From Oscillospiraceae bacterium (lineage in GTDB: Bacteria > Bacillota > Clostridia > Oscillospirales > CAG-272), in assembly GCA_015065075.1 (NCBI GenBank), contig SVRA01000003.1:1-60069 (forward strand): 60,069 nucleotides of DNA, in the 5' to 3' direction. The position numbers and the translations under genes are program-made. Positions 36,172-47,685 of the stretch are shown piece after piece. The number at the start of each line of letters is the position of its first letter. Within the stretch, counting starts at the first letter, position 1. Under the pieces are notes generated by a model. That model saw only the letters and a program-made list of their open reading frames with translations, did not search any database and was not told the DNA's origin.

Positions 36172-38145
36172 ATGGATAGATTCAAGCTGAAAAGTGAATA
36201 TAAGCCCACGGGTGACCAGCCCCAAGCGATAGAGGAACTCGTCAGAGGACTCAAGGAGGGCAAAAAAATGCAGACCCTTCTGGGTGTAACGGGCTCGGGT
36301 AAGACCTTCACTATGGCAAACGTCATAGAGCAGATCAATAAGCCCACCCTCGTCCTCGCGCACAACAAGACTCTCGCCGCCCAGCTTTGCACCGAGTTTC
36401 GCGAGTTTTTTCCCGAAAACGCAGTCGAATACTTCGTTTCCTATTATGACTATTATCAGCCCGAGGCATACATTCCGGGCAAGGATATGTATATCGAAAA
36501 GGACGCCCTCGTAAACGATGAAATAGACCGCCTGCGCCATTCCGCGACAAGCTCGCTTTTTGAGCGCAGAGACGTCATCATCGTCGCCAGCGTTTCCTGC
36601 ATATATTCCTTGGGCGAGCCCGACGATTATAAGGATCTCGTCATTTCTCTGCGCCCGGGCGCGTATATGTCGCGCGAGGAGCTTATCCGCCGACTCATCG
36701 CGATAAGCTATACGAGAAACGATCTCAACCTGGTTCGCGATTCCTTCCGCGTTCGCGGAGATACCGTCGAGATAATCCCCGCAAGCATGGACAGTAAAGC
36801 CATCCGTGTCGAGTTCTTCGACGAGGAGATAGACCGCGTTTCCGAGATAAATATAGTCACGGGTGAGCTTGTCCGCAGCCTCTCGTATTATCCGATCTAC
36901 CCCGCAACTCACTACGCCGTCTCCGACGAAAAGCGAGATGCCGCGATCAAGGAAATATACGAGGAAATGGTAGAGCGCGCCGCCTATTTCGAGTCCGAGG
37001 GCAAGCTTATCGAGGCGCAAAGAATAACCGAGCGCGTAAAATACGATATGGAAATGCTCCGCGAGGTCGGCTTCTGCTCGGGAGTAGAGAACTACTCGAG
37101 AGTTTTGTCGGGCAGACCCGCAGGCTCGACCCCGTATACTCTGCTCGACTATATGCCCGACGATTTTCTGCTCTTCGTCGACGAGTCTCACGTAACTCTG
37201 CCGCAGGTGCGCGGTATGAGCGGCGGCGATCTCGCGCGAAAGAAAAACCTTGTGGACTATGGCTTCCGCCTGCCGTCCGCATACGATAACAGACCATTGT
37301 TCTTTGATGAATTTGAAAGCAAGCTCAATCAGACCGTCTTCGTCAGTGCCACCCCCGGCGACTACGAGGCGGAATACAGCGAGCAGACCGTCGAGCAGAT
37401 AATTCGCCCCACGGGTCTGCTTGATCCCGAGGTCGAGGTGCGCAAGATCGAGGGTCAGGTCGACGACCTGATGGGTGAGATACGTATAAGAGCCGAGAAG
37501 GGCGAGCGCGTGCTCGTCACAACCCTCACCAAGAAAATGGCAGAGGATCTCACCGATTACCTCGAGGGTAACGGAATAAAGGTGCGTTATATCCACTTCA
37601 ACGTCGACACCATCGAAAGAATGGAGATCATCCGCGACCTGAGACTCGGCGTTTTTGACGTCCTCGTCGGTATAAACCTGCTTCGTGAGGGACTCGATAT
37701 CCCCGAGGTCTCGCTCGTTGCCATCCTCGATGCCGATAAGGAAGGATTCTTGCGCGCCGAGAGATCGCTGATACAGACCATAGGCAGAGCCGCGCGAAAC
37801 GCAAACGGTAAGGTCATAATGTACGCCGATACCGTCACTCGATCAATGGAGCGTGCGATCTCTGAGACCAACCGCCGCCGCAAGATCCAGGACGACTACA
37901 ATAAGGCAAACGGCATAGTGCCCAAGACCGTCATCAAGGGCGTTCGCGACATTATCGACGTCGGCGCTCGCGACGACGGGCAGAGCAAGACGGGCAAGGC
38001 TAAGAAGCCGAAGAAGCTCACCGCCTCCGAGCGCGAAAAGCTCATTGAAAAGCTGACCCGCGAAATGAAGGACGCCGCCCGCACCCTCGAATTTGAAAAA
38101 GCCGCCTACCTCCGCGACGAGATAAAGAAGCTGCGCGAGGGATAG
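36172..38145 (+). CDS. uvrB: Excinuclease ABC subunit B
   Basis: [36 protein letters not shown]; start moved behind AAGGAG. Confidence 0.99.
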   Translation: MDRFKLKSEYKPTGDQPQAIEELVRGLKEGKKMQTLLGVTGSGKTFTMANVIEQINKPTLVLAHNKTLAAQLCTEFREFFPENAVEYFVSYYDYYQPEAYIPGKDMYIEKDALVNDEIDRLRHSATSSLFERRDVIIVASVSCIYSLGEPDDYKDLVISLRPGAYMSREELIRRLIAISYTRNDLNLVRDSFRVRGDTVEIIPASMDSKAIRVEFFDEEIDRVSEINIVTGELVRSLSYYPIYPATHYAVSDEKRDAAIKEIYEEMVERAAYFESEGKLIEAQRITERVKYDMEMLREVGFCSGVENYSRVLSGRPAGSTPYTLLDYMPDDFLLFVDESHVTLPQVRGMSGGDLARKKNLVDYGFRLPSAYDNRPLFFDEFESKLNQTVFVSATPGDYEAEYSEQTVEQIIRPTGLLDPEVEVRKIEGQVDDLMGEIRIRAEKGERVLVTTLTKKMAEDLTDYLEGNGIKVRYIHFNVDTIERMEIIRDLRLGVFDVLVGINLLREGLDIPEVSLVAILDADKEGFLRAERSLIQTIGRAARNANGKVIMYADTVTRSMERAISETNRRRKIQDDYNKANGIVPKTVIKGVRDIIDVGARDDGQSKTGKAKKPKKLTASEREKLIEKLTREMKDAARTLEFEKAAYLRDEIKKLREG

Positions 38146-38154
38146 GGATGCGAG

Positions 38155-38251
38155 CCTTCCCCAAAAACTCTAATATGGGTTCAGCAGTTGAAAAAATTAT
38201 TATTTGAAGTTTTTGAAGGGTTTGGGGGACTTTTTTCAAAAAGTCCCCCAA
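38155..38251. repeat. Palindromic intergenic element between uvrB and uvrA
   Basis: CCTTC..CAAAAACT / AGTTTTTG-AAGG stem plus TTGGGGGACTTTTT-TC-AAAAAGTCCCCCAA. Confidence 0.6.
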
Positions 38252-38266
38252 AAGAAAAAACAAAGT

Positions 38267-41104
38267 ATGGAAAAAAACTTAGTAATCAAGGGCGCACGCG
38301 TCCACAATCTCAAAAATATAGACGTCACCATCCCGCGCGATAAGCTCGTTGTCCTTTCAGGACTTTCGGGAAGCGGAAAATCGTCGCTCGCGTTTGACAC
38401 CATCTACGCCGAGGGACACCGCCGCTTCGTCGAGTCGCTGTCAAGCTACGCGAGAATGTTCCTCGGACAGATGGACAAGCCCGACGTCGACTCGATAGAC
38501 GGACTTTCTCCCGCCATTTCAATAGACCAGAAGACCACCTCAAAAAACCCACGCTCAACCGTGGGCACGGTCACCGAAATATACGACTATCTGCGCCTCC
38601 TCTATGCGCGCATCGGCATCCCGCATTGTCCGATCTGCGGCAAGGAGATCAGACAGCAGACCGTCGACCAGATCATCGAAAGAATATTAAAGCTCCCCGA
38701 GGGTACGCGATTTCTCGTAGTCGCCCCCGTAGTCAGAGCGCAGAAGGGAATGCACGAAAAGGTCTTTGAGAGTGCCAAAAAGAGCGGCTACGTCCGCGTC
38801 CGCGTAGACGGCAACCTCTACGACCTCTCCGAAGAAATAAAACTCGATAAAAACAAAAAGCACTCCATAGAGATCGTCGTAGACCGTCTCGTAATGCGCG
38901 ACGGCATCAGACCCCGCCTTGCCGACTCGGTCGAAAATGCGCTGAGTCTTGCCGACGGGCATCTTATCATCGTTCCCGTGCCGCGTGACGGCGAGGAGAC
39001 CGACGGCGAGGTTCTGACCTTTTCGCAGTCCTACGCCTGTGAGGAGCACGGCATTTCAGTCGGCGAATTTGAGCCGAGAATGTTCTCGTTCAACAATCCG
39101 CAGGGCGCGTGTCCGCATTGCTCGGGACTTGGAGACACAAGACGCATATCAGTCGATCGATTGATCCCAAACAGAAAGCTCTCGCTTTCACAGGGCGCGA
39201 TAAACGTAAACGGCTTCAAAACTCTCGAGGAGGAGAGCTGGAACGGACCTCTTTTCGCCGCCGTAGGCGAAAAACACGGCTTTTCGCTCGAAATGCCGAT
39301 CGAAAGCTTCACCGACACGGCGTATCGCGCGTTGCTCTACGGCACGGGCGACGACACGTACGACGTGGTTCGCTATTTCGGAGGCGAATCCCACCGCAAA
39401 AATGCAAAATTCGAGGGTCTCATCCGTATGATCGAGCAAAGAATGGAATACGGTATGAACGCCGACTACTACGAGCAGTTCGTAGAGGAAGCCCCCTGCG
39501 AGCACTGCAACGGACAGCGCCTCAACCCGATGTCGCTCGCCGTCACCGTAGGAGGTCTGAATATCCACGAGCTTTGCTCACTGTCAATTCAAAAAGCACT
39601 CGATTTCGTCAACTCGCTCGAGCTGACCGATACCGAGTATGCGATCGCGCGCGAGATCCTCAAGGAGATCAAGGCGCGCCTCGGCTTCCTTGTCAGCGTA
39701 GGACTTGAATATCTCACGATGGCAAGAAAAGCAGGCACGCTGTCGGGCGGAGAAGCGCAAAGAATAAGACTTGCCACGCAAATAGGCTCGTCGCTCGTCG
39801 GCGTGCTCTATATCCTCGACGAGCCGAGCATAGGACTCCACCAACGCGACAATTCCAAGCTGATAAGCACCCTCAAAAAGCTCCGCGACCTTGGAAATAC
39901 GGTCATCGTAGTCGAGCACGACGAGGAGACCATGGAGGAATCCGACTACATCATCGACGTCGGACTCGGTGCGGGCATACACGGCGGAAATATCGTCGCC
40001 GCAGGTACTCCCGACGAGATCAGAGAGAGCCCCGACTCGATCACGGGCGCGTATCTTTCGGGCAGAAAAAGGATCGCGATCCCCCAAAAAAGACGCGAGG
40101 GCAACGGCAAATATATCACAGTCAAGGGCGCGGCAGAGCATAACCTCAAGCATATCGACGTAAATATCCCCCTTGGCAAATTCGTCTGTGTCAGCGGCGT
40201 TTCGGGAAGCGGAAAATCCTCGCTCGTAAACGGAATTCTGTATCCCAAGCTCGCCCACGACCTCAACCGCGCGATCGCCTATCCGGGCAAGTGCGACGGC
40301 ATAGAGGGCATCGAAAATCTCGATAAGGTCATTTGCATCGACCAAAGTCCGATCGGACGCACACCGCGCTCCAACCCCGCAACCTACACAGGAGTTTTCA
40401 CCGACATCAGAGATCTTTTTGCATCGACCAAGGACGCTAAGGCAAAGGGCTATGCCGCAGGCAGATTTTCCTTCAACACCAAGGGCGGCAGATGCGAGGC
40501 GTGCGAGGGTGACGGAGTTAAGTGTATAGAGATGCACTTTTTGCCCGACGTTTACGTCACCTGCGACGTGTGTAAGGGAAGAAGATATAACGCCGATACC
40601 CTCGACGTGCGATATAAGGGCAAAAATATCTTCGACGTGCTCGATATGACGGTCGAGGAGGGCCTCAGCTTCTTCGACGGACTTCCCAAGATCCGCCGCA
40701 AGCTGCAGACGCTTTATGACGTAGGACTCGGATATATCAAGATCGGTCAGTCCTCGACCACCCTCTCGGGCGGCGAAGCGCAGAGAGTCAAGCTCGCGAC
40801 CGAGCTTGCAAAGCGCAGCACGGGTAAAACGATATATATCCTCGACGAGCCCACCACGGGACTGCATACTGCAGACGTGGCGAAGCTGCTCGAGGTGCTC
40901 CAGAAGCTCTGCGACAGCGGCAATACCGTCCTTGTGATCGAGCATAACCTCGACGTAATAAAATCCGCCGACCACATCATAGATCTCGGCCCCGAGGGCG
41001 GCGACGGCGGCGGCACGATCGTCGCGGAGGGCACACCCGAACAGGTCGCAGAGGTCGAAGGCTCCTACACGGGACAGTACCTCAAAAAATGGCTCAACCG
41101 CTAA
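38267..41104 (+). CDS. uvrA: Excinuclease ABC subunit A
   Basis: Two [10 protein letters not shown] Walker A motifs, two LSGGEAQR, zinc fingers. Confidence 0.99.
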   Translation: MEKNLVIKGARVHNLKNIDVTIPRDKLVVLSGLSGSGKSSLAFDTIYAEGHRRFVESLSSYARMFLGQMDKPDVDSIDGLSPAISIDQKTTSKNPRSTVGTVTEIYDYLRLLYARIGIPHCPICGKEIRQQTVDQIIERILKLPEGTRFLVVAPVVRAQKGMHEKVFESAKKSGYVRVRVDGNLYDLSEEIKLDKNKKHSIEIVVDRLVMRDGIRPRLADSVENALSLADGHLIIVPVPRDGEETDGEVLTFSQSYACEEHGISVGEFEPRMFSFNNPQGACPHCSGLGDTRRISVDRLIPNRKLSLSQGAINVNGFKTLEEESWNGPLFAAVGEKHGFSLEMPIESFTDTAYRALLYGTGDDTYDVVRYFGGESHRKNAKFEGLIRMIEQRMEYGMNADYYEQFVEEAPCEHCNGQRLNPMSLAVTVGGLNIHELCSLSIQKALDFVNSLELTDTEYAIAREILKEIKARLGFLVSVGLEYLTMARKAGTLSGGEAQRIRLATQIGSSLVGVLYILDEPSIGLHQRDNSKLISTLKKLRDLGNTVIVVEHDEETMEESDYIIDVGLGAGIHGGNIVAAGTPDEIRESPDSITGAYLSGRKRIAIPQKRREGNGKYITVKGAAEHNLKHIDVNIPLGKFVCVSGVSGSGKSSLVNGILYPKLAHDLNRAIAYPGKCDGIEGIENLDKVICIDQSPIGRTPRSNPATYTGVFTDIRDLFASTKDAKAKGYAAGRFSFNTKGGRCEACEGDGVKCIEMHFLPDVYVTCDVCKGRRYNADTLDVRYKGKNIFDVLDMTVEEGLSFFDGLPKIRRKLQTLYDVGLGYIKIGQSSTTLSGGEAQRVKLATELAKRSTGKTIYILDEPTTGLHTADVAKLLEVLQKLCDSGNTVLVIEHNLDVIKSADHIIDLGPEGGDGGGTIVAEGTPEQVAEVEGSYTGQYLKKWLNR

Positions 41105-41116
41105 AAAATAACCCTG

Positions 41117-41147
41117 CGCGGCGAAATTTTACAAAATTTCGCCGCGC
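41117..41147. terminator. Hairpin after uvrA
   Basis: GCGCGGCGAAATTTT-A-CAAAATTTCGCCGCGC near-perfect palindrome; no U-tract. Confidence 0.5.
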
Positions 41148-41209
41148 TACAGACAAATCGGCAAAAAAATGCTATACTTAAAGCATAAATCCAAAAAGAA
41201 GGTAACGAA

Positions 41210-42007
41210 ATGATAGCCAATTACCATACCCATACCCCGCGCTGCAAGCATGCCGTGGGAAGCGAAAGAGAATACGTAGAAAAAGCCATAGAGCTGGGTT
41301 TTACCGAGCTCGGATTTGCCGACCACGCCCCTATGCCTCTGCCGAAAGGACTTCACCCGACGAATTACATAACGATCGGTGAGATGCGTATGGCACTCGA
41401 GGAGACCGACGGATACGTCAACACTCTGCTCGATCTGCGTAAAGAGTACGAGCACGACATAAAAATACACATAGGCTTTGAGGTCGAATATTACTCTGCC
41501 TGCTTTGATAACTTTCTCCGTTTCATCTCGGATTATCCGATAGATTACTTGATTCAAGGACAGCATTTCGGCGAGGTGGAGGGTATTCCGCTTGCATATT
41601 ACGGAGCGCAAACGAGCTCTGAGGAAACATTGAAAAGCTACGTTGATCAAGTAATAAAGGGAATAGAGTCGGACAAGATAACCTACGTCGCACACCCCGA
41701 TCTTGCGGCGTATTACGGAGATATCGAGGTCTATGAAAGACATATGGCGCGCCTTATACGAAGCGCAAACGCGCATAACGTGCCCCTTGAGATGAATCTG
41801 TACGGGCTCTCGGAGCTCAGACGCTACCCGAATATTGCGTTCTGGCAGATCGCAGCGAACATCGGATGTGACGTGGTGCTCGGAAGCGACGCACATACTC
41901 CAAATCACCTGCTCAATAAAACTGCCTTGAAATATGCCCAAAGTCTGATAGATTCGTCGCCCAAGCTCAATCTCCTTGAAAAGATCGAATTCAAACCCGT
42001 AAGGTAA
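41210..42007 (+). CDS. PHP-domain phosphatase (histidinol-phosphatase HisJ family)
   Basis: NYHTHT.RCKHA, GFADHAP, GFEVEY, AHPD, GSDAH. Confidence 0.88.
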   Translation: MIANYHTHTPRCKHAVGSEREYVEKAIELGFTELGFADHAPMPLPKGLHPTNYITIGEMRMALEETDGYVNTLLDLRKEYEHDIKIHIGFEVEYYSACFDNFLRFISDYPIDYLIQGQHFGEVEGIPLAYYGAQTSSEETLKSYVDQVIKGIESDKITYVAHPDLAAYYGDIEVYERHMARLIRSANAHNVPLEMNLYGLSELRRYPNIAFWQIAANIGCDVVLGSDAHTPNHLLNKTALKYAQSLIDSSPKLNLLEKIEFKPVR

Positions 42008-42012
42008 TAACT

Positions 42013-42552
42013 ATGCACCCATTCAAACATTTTCACACAATAACAAAGCATCGCCATAAGGTTATCTACCACTGCTTCAAGACGGGAATCGGCCTGCAGG
42101 GGCTTTTTCACGACCTTTCAAAGTATAGCCCGACCGAATTTATCCCGGGCGCAAAATATTATCTCGGAACGAGAAGCCCGAATGAAAAGGAAAGAGAGCT
42201 TTTCGGCTATTCGCTCGCCTGGATGCACCATAAGGGCAGAAACAAGCACCATTTTGAGTATTGGGTCGATATAAATCCCCAAACCAAGCGCTATGATCCC
42301 GTTCCGATGCCACTGAGATATATCACCGAAATGTTCTGTGACAGAGTCGCGGCTTGTAAGATCTATCGCGGCAAGGACTACACCGACAGCGCGGCGCTCG
42401 AGTATTTTCTGCGCGGAAACGCACGCTCGAAAATGCATTCCGAGACCGCAGATATTCTCGAGGAATGGTTGACGATGCTTGCCGAGAGAGGCGAGAGGGA
42501 GACCTTTGCCCATATCAAAAAAATCAACAAAAACGCGCGAAAAAGAAAATAA
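42013..42552 (+). CDS. DUF5662 family protein (HD-like)
   Basis: HDLSKYSPTEF, AWMHHKGRNKHHFEYW, EMFCDRVAA. Confidence 0.85.
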   Translation: MHPFKHFHTITKHRHKVIYHCFKTGIGLQGLFHDLSKYSPTEFIPGAKYYLGTRSPNEKERELFGYSLAWMHHKGRNKHHFEYWVDINPQTKRYDPVPMPLRYITEMFCDRVAACKIYRGKDYTDSAALEYFLRGNARSKMHSETADILEEWLTMLAERGERETFAHIKKINKNARKRK

Positions 42553-42606
42553 TCATCATAATATCACCTCTTGCCGAAATATAATCGGATAAGAGGTGAT
42601 GTTTTT

Positions 42607-43806
42607 ATGAAGAAAAATTTTTTGATCAAGCTGACGGCAATTTTACTCTCGCCGTTGCTTTTATTTTCATTCATCGGTGCTCTTGCCGCGGACGAGGTCG
42701 TTCCTATCAACAATAGCGCCAATAACGAAGAAACTCCCGCAAAGGATACCTTGCAGCTTGACTGCAAGAGCGCAATATTGATGGAAGCGAGCACGGGAAA
42801 GGTTCTTTACGAGCAAAATGCCGACGAAGCCCTGCCGCCTGCATCGGTGACCAAGGTGATGACGCTCCTTCTTGTAATGGAGGCAATAGAGTCGGGCAAG
42901 ATAAAGCTTGACGATATGGTTACCACAAGCGCCCACGCGGCAAGCATGGGCGGCTCGCAGATATATCTCGAGGAAGGCGAGCAAATGAGCGTTGAGGATA
43001 TGGTAAAAAGTGTCGTGATAGCATCTGCAAACGATGCGGCGTGTGCGCTCGCGGAATTTGTCTCGGGAAGCGAGGAAGCCTTTGTCAAGGCTATGAATGA
43101 ACGCGCTATGGAGCTCGGAATGAAGAGTGCCGTCTTTGAAAACACCAACGGACTCGACGATACTGCCGAAAACCACGTCATCAGCGCACGAGATATCGCC
43201 ATAATGTCCTCCGAGCTGATAAAATATGAAAAAATATTGGAGTATAGCTCTATCTGGATGGATACTATACGGAACGGTGAGTTCGGATTGACCAATACCA
43301 ACCGCCTCGTCCGTTATTATAACGGCTGTACGGGACTGAAAACGGGCTCGACCTCAAAGGCGGGCTTTTGTATCAGTGCGACCGCAGAGAGAGACGGATT
43401 GAGCCTCGTATGCGTCATAATGGGAGCCGAAACGAGAGATATCAGAAACGCCGCGGCAACAAGATTGCTCGATTGGGGTTTTGCAAACTACGCCGTGTAT
43501 ACCCACGAGGCAGAAAAGCTTGATCCGATAAGCGTAGTGGGCGGAACCAAAACCAGTGCGGGCGTTGCATACGACGATTTTTCTTGCGTAGCAGATAAAG
43601 GCACCGTTTCAAAGATAGAGATGAAATTTGAGCTTCCCGAGCGTTTGACAGCGCCCTTGAAAAAGGGAGACAAGATAGGTGCGGCGGTATTTTGGTGCGA
43701 CGGCAAGGAGGTGGGCAGGAGCGACGTTTATGTGACCGAGGACGTGTCGAAAATCGGCTATTTTGACGTCTGGCTCCGAATGCTTGGTAAATATCTGCTC
43801 AAATAG
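42607..43806 (+). CDS. dacF: D-alanyl-D-alanine carboxypeptidase (peptidase S11, DacF-like)
   Basis: PASVTK, SAND, KTG motifs; GGSQIYL, LTNTNRLV. Confidence 0.85.
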   Translation: MKKNFLIKLTAILLSPLLLFSFIGALAADEVVPINNSANNEETPAKDTLQLDCKSAILMEASTGKVLYEQNADEALPPASVTKVMTLLLVMEAIESGKIKLDDMVTTSAHAASMGGSQIYLEEGEQMSVEDMVKSVVIASANDAACALAEFVSGSEEAFVKAMNERAMELGMKSAVFENTNGLDDTAENHVISARDIAIMSSELIKYEKILEYSSIWMDTIRNGEFGLTNTNRLVRYYNGCTGLKTGSTSKAGFCISATAERDGLSLVCVIMGAETRDIRNAAATRLLDWGFANYAVYTHEAEKLDPISVVGGTKTSAGVAYDDFSCVADKGTVSKIEMKFELPERLTAPLKKGDKIGAAVFWCDGKEVGRSDVYVTEDVSKIGYFDVWLRMLGKYLLK

Positions 43807-43913
43807 CGAAAAAATGTGCAAAATCCACCTCATATACACGCAAAAACCTATTGCAAAAGCAAAAAAATTGTGATATACTTAAATAAAGTAAAAAATATGC
43901 GGAGGTTTTAAAA

Positions 43914-45251
43914 ATGGCAATTAAGCTCAGTGATAAGTATCTGTCCAGATTCGTCTCGGCGCACGAGTATGAAAACATCAAGCCCGCAGTGAGTGCGGCA
44001 CACAAAATGATAGTCGAAAGAAACGGCGCGGGTAACGATTTCCTCGGTTGGATAGACCTTCCCGAAAACTACGATAAAGAAGAATTTGCGAGGATCAAGG
44101 CAGCGTCCGAAAAGATCAAAAAGTCTTGCGACGTGTTCGTCGTCATCGGTATCGGCGGCTCCTACCTCGGCGCACGTGCGGTCATCGAATTTTTGAAGTC
44201 TCCCAATTACAACAATTTGAAAAAGGACACCCCCGACGTCTATTTCGCGGGTTGTGATATAAGCGCAGTTTCTCTTGCAGAGCTCGTCGAGGTCTGTGAG
44301 GGTAAGGATGTCTGCATCAACGTTATCTCCAAGTCGGGTACGACCACAGAACCTGCCGTAGCGTTCAGAGTATTCCGTGAGATGCTTGAAGCTAAATACG
44401 GCAAGGACGGCGCAAGAGAAAGAATCTTCGTAACTACCGATCGCGCAAAGGGAACGCTTAAGGGCTTCTCCGATAAGGCGGGCTACGAGACCTTCGTTGT
44501 TCCGGATGACGTCGGCGGTCGCTTCTCGGTGCTCACCGCAGTAGGACTTCTCCCCGTTGCAGTGGCAGGTGTAGATATCGACGCTCTTATGCAGGGAGCC
44601 AACGATGCGAGAGTAGCTTATAGCTGCGAGGACATCGAAAAGAACGACGCTTATAAGTACGCGGCGATAAGAAATATCCTTTACCGCAAGGGAAAGGTCA
44701 CCGAAATACTCGTAGGCTACGAATCATATTCGAGAATGCTCAACGAGTGGTGGAAGCAGCTCTATGGCGAGAGCGAGGGCAAGGATAACAGAGGAATTTT
44801 CCCCGCATCCGTGATCTTCTCCACCGACCTCCATTCGCTCGGTCAGTTCATCCAGGAGGGCAACAGAAACCTCTTTGAAACCGTTATCTCGGTTGAGGAC
44901 AACGGCATAGAGTTCAAGATCCCTCACGATCCCAACAATATCGACGGACTCAACTTCCTCTCGGGAGTAGATCTCAATAAGGTCAAAAAGACCGCAATGC
45001 AGGGAACCCTGCTTGCCCACGTGGACGGCGGCGTGCCCAATATCCTCATCGAAATGAAGGACAGAAGCGCGTATTCTCTTGGCTACCTTATCTACTTCTT
45101 CGAGATCGCTTGCGCGCTCTCGGGATATATGCTCGGAGTCAACCCCTTCGACCAGCCCGGAGTAGAAGCATATAAGAAAAATATGTTTGCGCTCCTCGGA
45201 AAGCCGGGATATGAGGAGCTTCGTGCCGAGCTTGAAGAAAAATTAAAATAA
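43914..45251 (+). CDS. pgi: Glucose-6-phosphate isomerase
   Basis: [42 protein letters not shown]; promoter TTGCAA-17-TATACT at 43851-43879. Confidence 0.98.
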   Translation: MAIKLSDKYLSRFVSAHEYENIKPAVSAAHKMIVERNGAGNDFLGWIDLPENYDKEEFARIKAASEKIKKSCDVFVVIGIGGSYLGARAVIEFLKSPNYNNLKKDTPDVYFAGCDISAVSLAELVEVCEGKDVCINVISKSGTTTEPAVAFRVFREMLEAKYGKDGARERIFVTTDRAKGTLKGFSDKAGYETFVVPDDVGGRFSVLTAVGLLPVAVAGVDIDALMQGANDARVAYSCEDIEKNDAYKYAAIRNILYRKGKVTEILVGYESYSRMLNEWWKQLYGESEGKDNRGIFPASVIFSTDLHSLGQFIQEGNRNLFETVISVEDNGIEFKIPHDPNNIDGLNFLSGVDLNKVKKTAMQGTLLAHVDGGVPNILIEMKDRSAYSLGYLIYFFEIACALSGYMLGVNPFDQPGVEAYKKNMFALLGKPGYEELRAELEEKLK

Positions 45252-45379
45252 TTTGGTACAAATTTTTGTATACCACTTGCAAAAATCTGTAAGATATGCT
45301 ATAATATACCCAAGGTATTCAAAGTTTTATATGAATCTTAAAAATACATTTCCGCATAGGCGGCAGGAAGGAGCCATTT

Positions 45380-45787
45380 ATGGTTAAACTTATCATCGGC
45401 GTTAAGGGAACAGGCAAGACTAAGACTCTCATTTCCATGGTAAATGAGGCAGCAGCAAAAACTGAGGGAACCGTCGTTTGTATCGAAAAGGGAGTAGGTC
45501 TCCGTTTTGATATCAAGCACAGCGTACGTCTTATAAATACCAACGAGTATCTCGTATTCGATGCAGAAGCTCTGTACGGATTCGTTGCAGGTATCCTTGC
45601 AAGCAACCACGACGTCACCGATCTCTTTATAGATTCCGCACTCAAGATAGCAAACAACGATATGGTAGGCTTTGAGGCATTCCTTAAGGAAGTTGACGAG
45701 CTCACAAGCAAGATCGGCGTAAACGTAGTTATCACGTCCTCTATTCCCGCAGAGGAAGCAAGCGATATCGTAAAGAAGTATCTTTGA
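45380..45787 (+). CDS. Conserved clostridial small P-loop protein
   Basis: GVKGTGKTK Walker-A-like motif; own promoter TTGCAA-17-TATAAT near 45277-45305. Confidence 0.8.
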   Translation: MVKLIIGVKGTGKTKTLISMVNEAAAKTEGTVVCIEKGVGLRFDIKHSVRLINTNEYLVFDAEALYGFVAGILASNHDVTDLFIDSALKIANNDMVGFEAFLKEVDELTSKIGVNVVITSSIPAEEASDIVKKYL

Positions 45788-45911
45788 TAGATATTAAGTT
45801 GGTGCCCCATCGGCAATCTTTTGACTTGCAATGGGCTGACCGAATTTTGAGGGGTGCAGGCAGCTTTGTTTGCGCCCCTGAAATTTATTTAAAACCAAAC
45901 GGAGAAGAAAT

Positions 45912-46394
45912 ATGAATACAAAGGTTCTTAAAATACTCGCGGATAACGCGCGCTGCTCGATAGAGGATATCGCAACTATGACGGGGCTTTCGCTCAAAGA
46001 GGTCACAGACGAGATCGGTGAGCTCGAGTCGGCGGGACTTATAAGAGGCTATAAGGCGGTTATCGACTGGGAAAAGCTTGATAACGCTTCTGTTTCCGCG
46101 CTTATCGAGCTTAAGGTAATTCCTCAGGATAGATTCGGATTTGAGAATATTGCCGAAACTATAATGAAATATAAAGAGGTCGAGACCGTTTATCTTATGT
46201 CGGGCTCATACGATCTTTGCGTCATCGTAAAGGGCAAGACCTTCCAGGAGGTCGCGAGATTCGTAGCAAAGGAGCTTGCAACTATGCGCGAGGTGACCTC
46301 GACGGCAACGCATTTCGTTCTCCGTCGCTATAAGGAGCTTGACGTAGAGCTCGTGGACGGAGAGCAGGATGACAGAGGAGCTTATTCCTTATGA
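45912..46394 (+). CDS. Lrp/AsnC family transcriptional regulator
   Basis: N-terminal HTH, GLIRGYKAVIDW, VYLMSGSYDL, TATHFVL. Confidence 0.93.
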   Translation: MNTKVLKILADNARCSIEDIATMTGLSLKEVTDEIGELESAGLIRGYKAVIDWEKLDNASVSALIELKVIPQDRFGFENIAETIMKYKEVETVYLMSGSYDLCVIVKGKTFQEVARFVAKELATMREVTSTATHFVLRRYKELDVELVDGEQDDRGAYSL

Positions 46395-47575
46395 TAGATT
46401 ACGATCGCATACTTAATCCCACGGTCGTCAACGATATAAAGCCGTCGGGAATAAGAAAATTTTTCGATATTGCCGCAGGCATGGAGGGTGTCATCTCTCT
46501 GGGAGTGGGTGAGCCCGATTTTCCTACGCCGTGGCATATAAGACGAGAGGGAATAAAGTCCCTCGAAAACAGTAAAACGAGATATACGTCTAACGCGGGT
46601 CTTATCGAATTGAGACAGGAGATCAGCAAGTATATCGCGCGTCGCTACGGTGTCAGCTACGAGGCAGATAACGAGGTTCTCGTTACGGTCGGCGGAAGCG
46701 AGGGAATAGACGGAGCTATCCGTGCACTCGTCGCGCAGGGCGACGAGGTCATCATACCTCAGCCGAGCTTCGTGTGCTACGAGCCGATAGTCAGGCTCGC
46801 AGGCGGCACTCCGGTTATCATCGAGCTCAAGGCAGAGAATGAGTTCCGTCTTACAGCGGACGAGCTCCGCGGCGCAATAACCGACAAGACAAAGCTGCTT
46901 GTCTTTCCTTTCCCATGCAATCCTACGGGTGCGGTCATGGAAAAGGAGGATATCGAGGCTATCGCAGATGTGTTGCGTGATACTGATATCTGCGTGCTCT
47001 CCGACGAGATATATTCCGAGCTGACCTACGGCGGAAAACGCCACGTATCTATCGCTTCGGTCGAAGGCATGAGAGAGAGGACTGTGCTTATAAACGGCTT
47101 TTCAAAGAGCTACTCGATGACGGGCTGGAGAATGGGCTACGCTTGTGCTCCCGCGCCTATAATCGCACAGATGACCAAGATACATCAGTTTGCGATCATG
47201 TCCGCACCTACGACCTCGCAGTATGCGGCGGTCGAAGCGCTCCGAAACGGTGACGACGACGTAGCGACGATGGTCGCGGAGTACGATATGCGCCGCAGAC
47301 TCGTGGTCAACGGCTTCAATAAAATCGGAATGGATTGCTTCGAGCCCAAGGGCGCGTTCTATTGCTTCCCGTCGATAAAGCGCACGGGGATGACCAGCGA
47401 AGAATTTTGCGAGGAGCTGCTTCGCTCCAAGAAGGTCGCCGTCGTGCCTGGAAGCGCGTTCGGAAAGAGCGGGGAAGGGTTCGTCCGTGTGTCGTATTGC
47501 TACTCCACAGACCACATCAAAGAGGCGCTTTCGAGAATAGAAGAATTTTTGGAAGAGGTCTGTCCAAAGGCTTGA
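46391..47575 (+). CDS. Class I/II PLP aminotransferase (YugH/AlaT-like)
   Basis: SGIRKFFD, SLGVGEPDF, CNPTG, SDEIY, SKSYSMTGWRMGY; overlaps Lrp gene. Confidence 0.93.
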   Translation: MIDYDRILNPTVVNDIKPSGIRKFFDIAAGMEGVISLGVGEPDFPTPWHIRREGIKSLENSKTRYTSNAGLIELRQEISKYIARRYGVSYEADNEVLVTVGGSEGIDGAIRALVAQGDEVIIPQPSFVCYEPIVRLAGGTPVIIELKAENEFRLTADELRGAITDKTKLLVFPFPCNPTGAVMEKEDIEAIADVLRDTDICVLSDEIYSELTYGGKRHVSIASVEGMRERTVLINGFSKSYSMTGWRMGYACAPAPIIAQMTKIHQFAIMSAPTTSQYAAVEALRNGDDDVATMVAEYDMRRRLVVNGFNKIGMDCFEPKGAFYCFPSIKRTGMTSEEFCEELLRSKKVAVVPGSAFGKSGEGFVRVSYCYSTDHIKEALSRIEEFLEEVCPKA

Positions 47576-47640
47576 ATATCAGTGGTTTCAGACCACAATA
47601 AGCGAAAATGAATATTCACTAAAATATACACAAAATATGC

Positions 47641-47672
47641 AAAAATGCAGATCGCTGACGATCTGCGTTTTT
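47641..47672 (+). terminator. Intrinsic terminator
   Basis: AAAAATGCAGATCG-CTGA-CGATCTGCGTTTTT. Confidence 0.7.
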
Positions 47673-47685
47673 GACGAGGTATTTG

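Noticed and set aside
45351-45379. CCGC-ATAG-GCGGC..GGAG as another family 1 fragment
   Set aside because: Too short; lacks the TTTGTG linker and both diagnostic stems
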